Positions 25,234 to 36,900 of a stretch of 64,000 nt of DNA are shown here, piece after piece. The notes under the pieces were generated by a model. That model did no database searches. It saw nothing but the letters and a program-made list of their open reading frames with translations, and was not told the DNA's origin. The stretch covers positions 4,340,001 to 4,404,000 of the forward strand of contig OX597832.1 in assembly GCA_951406725.2 (NCBI GenBank). The letters run 5' to 3'. Both the position numbers and the translations under genes were made by a program. The first letter of the stretch is position 1. Each line of letters starts with the position of its first letter. The stretch is from Octopus vulgaris (taxonomy: Eukaryota).

Positions 25234-27689
25234 TGATTGATTGATTGATTCTAGTTTCAGCTTATGAGCTGTGGCCATGCTGGGGCACCGCCATTTGGTG
25301 TTGCTACTTGCTTTCACTTCATGGAGGCTTTCTACCAACTGCTATTTGGTGCATGAGAGAGTTCGATGCAGCTGCCCTCATCTGCCCCTCCTGCCGTGAA
25401 GTTGGTTCATCTGGGACACCTGACAGGAAGAGATCCAGCTTCATTTTAAAGACATCTGTATCCACCCCATGCAGGTCTCTCAGGTTCTTCGGGAGGATAT
25501 TGAAGAGCTGTGGGCCTCGGAAGCCCAGGCTATCACAGAATCTTGTCCTACATCTTGATGGCAGGTTTGGAGTCCTAGGCACCACGCAGTGGCGCCCAGT
25601 TCTGGCATTTGCGTAACTCTCGATGCCAAAGTTCAGGACACTTCCCTCCAGGATCTTCCAGATGTATATTATGGCATATCTTTCCCGCCTACGCTCCAGG
25701 GAAAATAATTTTAATCTCTTGAGTCTTTCCCAGTAGCTTACATTCTGCATAGAGGCTATCTTCTTTGTGTAGCTTCGTTGGATCGCCTCAAGTTCTGTGA
25801 TCAACTTGACACTGGATGGTGACCATAGCTGAGAGCAATAGTCAAAGTGGCTTAGGACAAGTGTCTTCCAGAGGACCATCATGGTTTCTTGTTCTCTTGT
25901 TCTAAAGGTTCTAAGAATCCATCCAGCCAGCCGTCTACATTTCATTGTCAGTTTAGCAACATGTACATGAAAGGTCGCGTCATCACTCATGTGAATACCC
26001 AGGTCACGCACTGATTGTGCCTCTGGGATTGCAATCCCTCTGGGTCCAGTGTATTCATTGGGTATTGCATTCAGTTTTGCATGCTGATAGTATAAAGCTT
26101 GAAACTTTCTAGCATTGAACTGCATGCTATTCTTTTCAGCCCACTTGTATATTTCGTCCAGCTCACATTGCAGGTGTTTAGTGTCCTCAGGGTTCTGTAT
26201 TGCCTGTGAAACTTTTGTATCATCTGCATAACTTGTGATCGTGGCTCTCTGCGTGGCTGAGGGCATGTCTGAGAGGGCCATTATGAACAGTAGTGGTCCC
26301 AGAACAGTGCCCTGCGGAACACCGCTCACTATTTGTGTGTTAATGGAGGTGGCCCCATTGGCTACTACCACCTGACTTCTATCCTTCAGAAAGTCATGAA
26401 GCCATTCTCCCAGTTTTCCAACTATGTTGAGATCACGCAGTTTGTGACATATCATTCCATGATCGACTTTATCAAAGGCCTTTGCAAAGTCGAGATATAT
26501 CACTTCCACATTTGAGTGGTTGAGCAGCCGTTTCAGCACCCAGTCATAGTGTTGTAGGAGCTGAGCTAAACAGCTTCTCCCTGGTCGGAAACCATGTTGG
26601 GTGTCGGGCAGCAAGTCATTCTCTTCAAGGAAGGTGATCAGCTTCCTTCTGACTATTCGTTCCATGACCTTGCTGATGTGTGAGGTCAGAGAGATAGGTC
26701 TATAGTTCTTGGCTTCCGCTCTGCTACCTCCTTTATGAATGGGGCATATTTTACCTTCCTTCAGTTTTCCTGGAAGTTTGCCAGCTGCAAGGAAGCTCTG
26801 AAAGAGGAACTGCAGTGGTCTTGCTAGGACTCTCTTACATGCTTTTAGGAGGATTGCCGGGAATCTATCGGGGCCAGTAGCTGAGTCTGTTTTCATTTCA
26901 TCTATAGCCTTGGTTACATCGTCTTCCTTTATATCGATGTAATCTATCGTCGCCGCCTCTGATTTTATATCTGCAGTGGTAAAAAAGTCAGTTGGATTGG
27001 TGATTTGGAGATGCCCAAGGGGTGGAGTGAAAACACTCTTGAATTGCTCATTCAGTATTTCACTTACCCTCATTGGTTTTCCTGTAAGTGTGCCATCCTT
27101 TTCGAGGAGTGGCCCTATTCTACAGTGCACTGTAGCTGTTTCTTTGGCATACCTGTAGAAAGCTCTGGGGTTAGATTTTATGTTTTCTATAGCCCAGGCT
27201 TCTTTGTCTGCTCTTTCTTTTTCATGGGAGAGTTGCAGACATTTTTCGATTTCCAACAGTTTTATTTTTAGGCGGGACTTTTCACTGCTTTCAATCTGTT
27301 TGTTTAGGCGATTTGAAAATTTCGTACGCCGTCTCATTAAAATTTTCCTCTCTCTGGGGATTTTGTTCTTGTGTACAGTGGCCTTTCTCTCTGGGACACA
27401 TTTGTAGCATATGGCTTGCATTACAGACATGAATTGTTGAAGTTTCACGTCGATGTCTGGCGAGGAGAGACATTTAGGCCAGTTTTGTTTGAGGATCTCT
27501 TTCTCAATTTGTTTCCAGTTTGCCTTATGGTAGTTCAAGCTGGAAAGATTTTGAGGGTTTCTTGTAGGCTGCATGTCCGTGCTCTCTTTTGGCCCGTACA
27601 TGGTCAGCTCTATCATGTTGTGATCCGAGAGTAGTGTCGGTGTCACTTTCACATTATGTCGGTGTCACTTTCACATATATATATATATG

Positions 27690-27748
<59 letters not shown>

Positions 27749-28304
27749 CAGATATATACACTTTGTATATATACATTATATATACATATTTATATATAGA
27801 ACACACACACACATATATATAAATTAACCCAATAAATATCTGATTCATAATATTTGTTCTCATGAATGTGTGGTGGTTGTGGTGGTGATAATAAAACTCT
27901 CTATGAATGTAGACAGACAGACGTAGAGAGAGAGAAAGAGAGGGAGGCGGTGGGGAAAAGAGGGACAGCACTGGCGAATGCACCGGGGATGGGTGGGGAG
28001 ATAGTAGTATCTGTCAAACGTCGTTATAGAGAAAAAGTGATGGGAAGGGAGGAAAGAGAGAGAGACGGAGGAAGACATGCAGATAAGAGAATGAGAGGAG
28101 ACTTGTCAAAGTGTGCGTTTTTTTGCCCTAGTAACGATATTTTTAAGATAGGGATTTCTAACCTAACCCACTTGCATCCTCACCTCATTTTACATGTCCC
28201 TGTAAATTTTGGAGTCAATCCAACGGGATCTAGTGCCCTTTAAACCATTCCAATGCCAAAACCAGACAAACAAACTTTTCACATTTCAGATTTATAGATA
28301 TTGA
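24208..28304 (-). mobile_element. Non-autonomous Helitron with a nested CR1 LINE
   Basis: Minus-strand 5' A|TCAATATCTATAAATCTG...GTTTGTTTGTCTG at ~28304; 3' hairpin plus CTAG|T at 24208-24211. The body is homologous to 35711-36975. Confidence 0.7.
25230..27676 (-). mobile_element. CR1-clade LINE, 5'-truncated, with an uninterrupted 777-aa ORF2 portion (25319-27652)
   Basis: End of the endonuclease (LSDHNMI) and RT motifs NYRPISLTS, QHGFRPGRSC, YLDFAKAFDKV, GVPQGTVLGPLLF, YADDTK, RDLG. (AATC)n 3' tail at 25230-25250; inserted in (TA)n. Confidence 0.95.
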
Positions 28305-28931
28305 TATGAATGTATGTATTTCCAGTGTGAAGTTGGAATAAGGAGTATAGCCTGGGCAGCAGTGATGTGTTAGAGATGGAGGATGAAACTAAGTCACTCA
28401 GAAGGGAATAAAAGGTTAGTAGTAGATTATTGGTGGTGGTGGGGTGTCTACGTTAGACTGAGGTTCATGTGGGAATTGTCCAGTAGATTTGTTTCTTAAT
28501 TTGCTCAATTTTCATTTTCATGTAGCTTTCCAAGAGAGAAGGCAAAATGAAGACAACTCGAGAGAGTCTGCAATTGCTACATCAATCCCTGGAAGCCAGT
28601 AGTCCTCAGGGGGGTATCAGACACAAGCCAGGAAAGAAGGATTCAAGATTATAAGCCAGCTGGTAAGTGTGCCTCTCAAGGTTTTATTCACGAGCTGTGT
28701 ACCCATCCTATCTGGTGGAGTCCCTTCTCCACCTGTACCTTCTGATAACAGTGGTACTACAAAAGGTATAAGGTATAAGGAATCATTTATTTTCAGGCCA
28801 GGGGTCTTTCAGAATTCTTGCAATAGTGTGAACCCAGGTTAGTGGGGCTAAATAGTGTGGTATGCTATGCATACCACTTGACAAATTTGTCTTGAGAAAG
28901 AAAAGTATACATTGGTTAATTATTTCTATAC

Positions 28932-29302
28932 AGGCACAGGCATGGCTATGTGGTAAGAAGCTTGCTGCCTAACAACATGGTTCTGGGTTCAGTCCCACTG
29001 CATGGCACCTTGGGCAAGTGTTTTCTACTATAGCTTTGGTCCGACCAAAGCCATGTGAGTGGATTTGATAGATGAAAAATGGAAGAAGCTCATTGTATAT
29101 GTGTGTGTGTGTGTGAGTGTGTGTGGACAACTGGTGCTAGTGTGTTTACATCTGTGTAACTTGGCAGTTCAGCTAAAGAGACCAATAGAATAAGTATCAG
29201 GCTTAAGAAAAAATAAGTGCTGGAGTTGATTCACTTGACTACAAATTCATGAAGGTGGTACTACAGCATAGCTGCAGTCTAATGACAGAAACAAGTAAAA
29301 GA
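28932..29302 (+). mobile_element. Full-length SINE family B with CR1-like 3' tail
   Basis: tRNA-like head, internal (TG)n, tail cagcatagctgcagtctaatgacagaaacaagtaaaaga. Confidence 0.75.
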
Positions 29303-29811
29303 CATTATGTCTGAACCAAAGATAGGCTGGCCATAGCTCAATTGCCTTTCAACATAGGTTATATTCAATCAGGGTTGATTCTGAGTAAAACAGCAACAAC
29401 AACTAATAACAAAACAAATTACTGACCTTTACAATACTAAGTCAGTATGAAAGTCACCAGTTTTTAACACTATATTTCCAGAAACATGCTAAGGTTTCTC
29501 AGAAGTATTTCCTATTGTCTTTGACTTGTAAATATTTAAGATAAAAAATTTTCAGCAAGGAAAAAAATCAAAGCAAATAAAATGAAATTGAGAGAATGGT
29601 GGTTAGTAATGAAAATATTTGTGTTAATTTACCAAGTAGGCAATGGGCTGAATATGCAAGTAAACAACTTCTTGAAGTGGTATTTCACTGTTAATTGGTA
29701 ATCAATAAAACAATAGCAGATGTTACCACAGTAGAATACACAGTAGAAATATCAAAATTCTACTTTCCAATATGTTCATGTAAAGAAATGTATTTACTGA
29801 GTTATTTTTTA

Positions 29812-30150
29812 TAGAGAGAGAGAAAAGCAGAGGAAGAAGAAGAAGAAGAAGAAGAAGAAGAAGAAGAAGAAGAAGAAGAAGAAGAAGAAGAAGAAGAAGA
29901 AGAAGAAGAAGAAGAAGAAGAAGAAGAAGAAGAAGAAAACGAAGAAGAAGAAAACGAAGAAGAAGAAAACGAAGAAGAAGAAGAAAAAAACGAAGAAGAA
30001 GAAGAAAACGAAGAAGAAGAAAACAAGATTGTGTGTGTGAGAGAGAGAGAAAGACAGAAAAACAGGAAGCGAGAGAGAGAGAAAGAGACAGACAAACAGA
30101 GAGACACAGACAGACAGACAGACAAACAGAGAGAGAGAGAGAGAGAAGAA
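29812..30150 (+). repeat. (GAA)n trinucleotide expansion followed by GA/GACA microsatellites
   Basis: Over 30 uninterrupted GAA units from ~29833, then GAAAAC-interrupted units to ~30022. Confidence 0.95.
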
Positions 30151-30599
30151 TGAAACACTGGAGCAAGAAATGAGGGAAGGAAAATAATAAAGGTGGAAAT
30201 TGAATACTTAATCGACAAAATAATCAGAATGTCTTTCCATATTGTTTCTAAGTTACCTAAAAATGTTTTATTGTGAAGTTCATGAACCTTAACGCATAAG
30301 TAATTAGAATAAATTTAGAGAATTGATGAGCGTTGTAACTCTAGGTCGTCACCATCTTAGCAGACTTGTGATCAAACAATATCCCAACTGTGACCATCCC
30401 GTCAATTTAGTGACATCTTGGACTACATTATCTTATGTGTTTTTTCTTTTCTTTGAGACAGTAGAGAACGATTTGAATTGCTGCCATTTCAAGCAAATCG
30501 AGCTATCACATTAAGTCTCCCTTGTTGACTCGAGAAAATTGATGATGATGGTGGTGGTGATATGAAGACGTTAACTTGTTTTAAAGATTATTTCCATTC

Positions 30600-30874
30600 A
30601 GACTTATTTTACTTAAGTAGTTGTCAGGAAAACTTAGCATCTACATTTAAAACTACTGGGAATTTATGCTGTAATTGCAGCTGCAACAAGCATCTTGCCT
30701 CAAGCTCTGGCGCATGCGTACTCTCTGCAGTCTTTTTTCTGCTTGTCTTTCTTTTTTTTTTTTTAATTGAAGGCAAACTGCTTTGCTTTACAGTCCGTAA
30801 TTTGACAGCTGGTAGTTTTGTAGGTCGGACTTCCTTTTTACTTATCTTCAGTTTACCATTTCGTTTGTTGCACA
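30600..30874 (+). promoter_or_regulatory. Putative promoter/5' UTR of the tetraspanin, with an NRF1-like palindrome GCGCATGCGT at 30710-30719
   Basis: Repeat-poor stretch directly upstream of the ATG; the motif resembles the NRF1 consensus GCGCATGCGC. The TSS cannot be determined, and a possible acceptor (tcttcag, ~30851) could indicate an upstream UTR exon. Confidence 0.35.
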
Positions 30875-30967
30875 ATGTCTAAAAATCGGATGCAGTCAGC
30901 TATGGTGTCGGCTCCAGTGGTGACTTGTATGAAAACGTTACTTATGGTTTTCAACTTCATGTTTTGG
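30875..30967 (+). CDS. Tetraspanin coding exon 1 (N-terminus, start of TM1)
   Basis: ATG at 30875, 31 codons ending FNFMFW, donor GTAAGT at 30968. Confidence 0.9.
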
Positions 30968-33953
30968 GTAAGTAACCATGATACAGACGTCTTTAATCTT
31001 ATGTTGTATCAACCAGTTTGTATCACTAAATATCAGTTTTTCATCGTTGTTGTTACTATCGATGTTGCACCTTAAAAAAAAAACCCTGCTTGTATGCTAG
31101 TGTTTAATAAACTATCAATTTATTCTAATATAGGTTCGCTCGATTGTCTTTGATTGAAACCAATTCTGAGACGTAATTTCAGAAGTATAACATAGTGCTA
31201 TAGTTCTTCATTTAGGAAAACAAATATTACTTATTAGAATAACTTTTATTTCAGAATAAATGGTTAATTTTCTTTCCAATTTACTCTATTTGAAAATTGA
31301 TATTAAATATAGATTTATTTAAAATGAAGTTACATGTCTATGTATATGAGGGTGTGTCTATGTTCATTCAAATGTGTGTGTGTGTTTCATATTCATTCAT
31401 GTTTGACATTCGTAGCCTTCACAACTGCGCTTATTTGCCGATACTGGCTGGTTTTCTCTTGTAAACGCACGTATAAATAACATTAACATAATTGTCGGAT
31501 GATATTGCTGGAAAAATGACACTTAGTTCCCTGAAACTTGTGTCTGTCAATCAGACATTTGCGCCGAATTTTTGTTTTGTTTATTCAGTCACCTGTTGTC
31601 TTGCACTTTCATTTCCGATAAATATGACAACATTATGTTATTAAATCATTATGATCGATTATGATTCGGCTGAAGGAGACACATTTTTCTTTCAGATATA
31701 TACATGTACACACACATTGTCGCATGTTTCCCTCTCAAAAGAGGGAAAGTAGCACAATTTAAGGCAAAGTACTAAAATGCATAAAGCATAATGTATGTGT
31801 TTATTTAAAAAAATACTCCTAGAAGACTAATCTGGTGTCCTTCTCTTTAGAATACTTCAAAGTACAATATATGTATACACTGGTAATTATTCTCGTTCAG
31901 TATCAAGCTCTCTTGACCCGTTTCTTTTTCTCTGTCTCATTCATTATTATTATTGTCACTAGAAGCTTCCTTTACTCTCTACTCATCTTTTACTGTTACG
32001 TCTCTTCTCATTGTAGTCTCGTCTGTGACAGTCTCTCAGCTTCACTCCATCTAAATCGCCTCGTTTCTCATTTTCCTGCATCGCCATACAGAACAACTTC
32101 CATTTTCTTTCTTTCCTTCCCCATTTTTGCTCTTCGTATTTTTTCTCTTCTTTCATCCATCTTTCGCCGCATTTCTTCTCCTTTCATTCTTTTCTCTCTC
32201 TCCTCCCATCTCTTCTTTCATTCATCCCCGCTTTCTATCATCTTCCTTCTCTTTCATCCCTCTTTCTATTTCATTTCTCGTTATCCCTCTATTTCCACGT
32301 CTTCTCTTTCACTAGTTTCTCTCTTCTCCTTCAACTTATCCATATTTTTCAATTCTTTTATCCCCCACCTCCTTAATAACCTTATCTCTGTTCTTTTATC
32401 CGTTTCTTTCCCTTTACCCATCTCTCTTTTCACTCTTTCTCTATCGCACCCTTCAGTAACCTTCTCTTTACTGCCATCACTTTTCACCAGTCTCTCTTTC
32501 TCTCTCTCCTTTCTATTCACTCTTTCTTTATCTTTCCTTCTCATCCACTACATTCTCGCTCTCTCTCTTTGTCTCTTTTTCCTTATTTCATTCTTCTCTC
32601 TTTCTTTCCGTTAACTCTTCCTTACCTACTTCTGTTCTCTCCCCACCTCGCTTTTATTCTTTCTTCCTTTCTCTACCCTTTCACTCTCTTTTTTTCTGCC
32701 CCCTTCATATTTTCTTCTATATCTCGTCTCGTCTCAGTTTCTTGATCATACTTAATTCAGTTTGTTATAATCATCTTCAGTCTTCAACTTCTCTTTTTCT
32801 TTTCTTTCTTCTCTCTGTCCTTCCCTCCTGCAGTCTTCTCTCCTTTCAAAATATAATTCAATAGGTACATATCTTTACACTAAACATATTGAAAGATAGA
32901 ATTTGATATTTGAACAGTGTGGTAACATCTGTTTATCTTCTTATTGATTATCTATTAGCAACAAAATATCACTTGAAGTTGTTTATTCAGTTACTCAGGC
33001 CTCACTTTATTTGGTAAATAATCACAAATATTTTGGTTGTTAACCACTGTGTTATCATTAGGCTCCTCTTCACCATAGCATTTTCTATCATTGACATTTT
33101 CCAAATCAAAATGAAAGTAAGCTCTTCATGGCATATAAGTGTCAATATAGTTTATCTTTGGTTAGTCTTATTGACCTGGTATAAAATAACTAGTGTAACC
33201 GTGTCATCAAATGACAGTTGTATTGATTATTGAAAATAGCACAAGTGTTCAAATGAAATTTTTTCTTTCTTTTTAAGAAAATATATTCAATATCATGTAA
33301 TATATTAAAACGAAAATGAAAGTAAAAACGTCAGAGTAGTGAGATAAACATCTCACCCTTCTGCTAGTGTTAATTTTACATCTCCAACTGTCACACACTT
33401 TCAATTTGTTGTCTAATAACCTCCTACATACAATTATCTCATTAGTGTGGTGGATGTTAATGTTATAAAGCCAGTGATGTATTTGAAATAACAAGTGAAC
33501 ATCTCACAAATGACACCTATCTAAAAAAAAAAAAAAAAGTGGGGGTACATTTGGCAATGCAAGTGTTGATATACATAAAGACAGGATAGTCATGCTGGAG
33601 TGTCTTTGAGGAAAGGTCTACAATATGATGGTTGACTTGGGGTTAAAAAGCAGCTACATACCAAAGTTATTTGTTTGGTTATTAATAAAGAGATTTTAAT
33701 CAAAATATAATCAAATGTTTTTTGTTACATATTAATTAGTGTAACAGATGTGAACAAGCATGAAATTGATTCTCAGATTTATCCATTTATTATTTACAGT
33801 TATTCACATCTCTCTTGTAATTTTCTTAATCTCTCTCTCTCTCTCTCTCTCTTCCTCCCATTTTTCCAGTATGTTTGGTAAGTGTCTTCTACTGTAGCCT
33901 CAGATCTACCAAAGCTTCAAGAGTAGATTTGGTAGATAGAAACTGAAAGAAGC

Positions 33954-33992
<39 letters not shown>

Positions 33993-36900
33993 TGGGGGGA
34001 GATTATGAGTTGAATGTACCCTTGCTCCAGTCCTCTGTGAAAAATTTGTTTGGAAATGGGGAAATATTACCTTACTTGGAAACAGGAAGGGCATCATGCA
34101 GTGTCCAACAATCTCCGACCTGTGGGCTTATGTCAAACGACTGCTGTCACGTGTGGGACGAGTCGGTTTATCAGCCGAGTCTATCGTTAATATCATCATG
34201 CCTCCTTCCTTCAAACGGGAAGGAAGAGCTATTTTTATCATACTTGTGGCTATGGCGAAAGAATGTATCTGGTGGACACAGCTGAAAGGATTAGAGACAA
34301 ACACTTTCCTCTTTGGTCAATCTCTCATCAACTTCTTCAAGTATCACTTGAAATGGAAATTGAGAGTAGAGAGGCAAGTTTTGCCTAGTGAATGTTTTAA
34401 AAAAAGATGGGTGAATGTAGCAAGGATGGCACGATGAATGACGAAGCCACCTTGAATATGATCCTATGAACCGTAAAAATTAATACAGAGAGTTGCTATT
34501 TGTAAAAAAATATAACATGTGACTTCATTGACCGAGGTTACCATGGTCTTTTCCGTAGGCTTTTCTTTCCATGGGTAAACCTCACTTGTCTTCCCCTTTA
34601 CACTTTACATTGACATTTCTGTGATAACGATCCCTATTGATCGATTTTTTCTTTTTTTTTTCTTTTGCTTTTTCTTTCCATTTATGATCCCTTTTGAATG
34701 AAAACCAACCCACCTTTTTTATCTCCAAAAAGAAAAGCTCTACCTTGTAATTTGTCCCATCTATGTGCAGCCCTGTGTGGCTAATAAAGAAACATATCTA
34801 TCTATCTATCTGTCTATCTATCTGTTTGTCTATCTGTCTGTCTGTCTATCTGTCTGTATAACTCTCCGTTTATCTGTTTATCTAACCGTCTATCTATCTA
34901 TCAATCAAGACATACAGGCAGACATCTCTTTCTCTCTGTGTTTCACATTATATTCATAAGACTTCACTTGACCCCATGTTTACAAATGCACGAGTTTATT
35001 AATGTTTATTCTTTACACTAATCATTAAAAATGAAATTATTTATGTAATCCATAATTCTATCTGCCTGTTGATATTGGAAGGTGATCACAATTTTAACAT
35101 CAATAAGTATATGAAGCAGTTGCCGCATAATTTGATTGGGATCAATAGTTGCGGGTTTGACTGGTACTTAAACAACTTACTTTACAACCATGTGATTCCA
35201 GACTGTGATCCCATTGTATTGCAGCTTAGAGAAATATCTTTCACCATAGCTTTGCGCATAGTCTGTGCATAAAATCTGGTAAATGGAAACTGTGCAGAAG
35301 ACAGTCATATGATCGTGTGTGTATTTGTGCTTGTGTATGTGTGTTTATGTCATCATCATTTAGCATCTGTTTTCCATGCTGGCATGGGTTAGATGGTTTG
35401 AATAGAACAGGTAAGCTGAAGAGCTGCACCAGGCTCTTGTCTGTTTTGGCGTGGTTTCTACAGTTGGATGCTCTTCCTAATGCCAAACACTCCACAGAGT
35501 GTATGAGTGCCTTTTACACTCTCACACACACACACACACACAAACACACTCTTATATATACAAAGTGCATTCAAAGAGTATCAGACTTTATATTTTCCCG
35601 ATGAAAACTAATGTTGTGTGGGCACATCAGTTTCTGGTTGTGTCAGTCTCGAGTACTGACATGTTATGCCTAGAGTACAGAAGTGAAGTGCTTGCTTGCC
35701 AGATTTTTGTTCCATCTCTCTCTCTTTCATCCCTTCCTTTCACTTTCTCTCTATAACGTCGTTTGACACCGTCTACTATCTTTCCCCCACTGCCTTCGCC
35801 AGCGTTGTCACACTCTCTCTCTCTCTCTCTCTACGTCTGTCTGCATTGATAGAGAGAATTATCATCGCCACCATGCCACACAATCATGAGAACAAATATT
35901 ATGAATCAGATATTTATTGGGTTTATATATGTGTGTGTGTGTGTTCTATATATAAATATGTATATATAATGTATATATACAAAGTATATATATACTTGTA
36001 TATATAATGTGTACATACACACACATATATATAATGTGTATATATGTACATATATATATTTAATGGCTATATATATATATAATGTGTGCATTATGTGGTC
36101 GGTTGAGCTGAAAATATGCACACCTATGTTAAAAGTGCTGGCGAGTTTGCATGGTAACTATTTTTTTCCTCAAATGAAAAGCTTGACCTCTAGGACAAAA
36201 TTCCTCATCTTATAAAATGTGGCCCGAGTAGACCCAAATGAAATCGGGTTATATTAACAAAAATGTGAAAAGGGGTCTAAATGGGGCTGGAAGGGGATTA
36301 AAATTTACAGGAGTAGGTGGTTAGGAATTCTTGGTTACATCAAGCTAAAAAATTTGCGCCAGCCTTTAAATCATCAATGTGTTGCTGTCCATGATGAAGT
36401 TTTGAATACTTGCCATGGTGAGTCTACTGTCGTGAGAAAGAATCACTTCAAAACTTGGTGTTTAGGAATTTTCTTTTACATCAAGTTCAAAATTTTACAC
36501 CAGCCGTTAAACTGCCACTACGTTGCTGTCCGTCTTTAAGAAGTGCCAGCTATGATGACTCTACTATACTCAGATTCTATCCCTTCAAACTTTGGTTTCC
36601 AATATTTTTTAATTTTTATTCAGCTTGCAAGTTTGTCTGTCCCTTTTAAATGTTAGTGTTTTGCTGTCTGCCTTGAAGCAGGCCTTTCCGTTGTCACTGC
36701 CTGATATTTATGATTGATCTTTCAAACTATTTCTTTCTCAACTTACTCAAAATCTTTTGTTGTTTATAAATGGGAGAGAGAGGGATAGAGAAAGATAGAG
36801 AGTAAGAAAAAGCGAGGGAGAGTCCGAGAGAAAGGAAAAGTAAGAGAGTGGGAAAGTGGGAGAGAAAGGAGAGAGAAACAAAGAGGGAGAATGTGGTGAT

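Noticed and set aside
29723-30218. Poly-Leu and poly-Ser ORFs on the minus strand
   Set aside because: Reading frames of the (GAA)n repeat.
31835-32614. 259-aa hydrophobic ORF that looks like a membrane protein
   Set aside because: Product of a stop-poor CT-rich tract inside intron 1, with only F/S/L bias.
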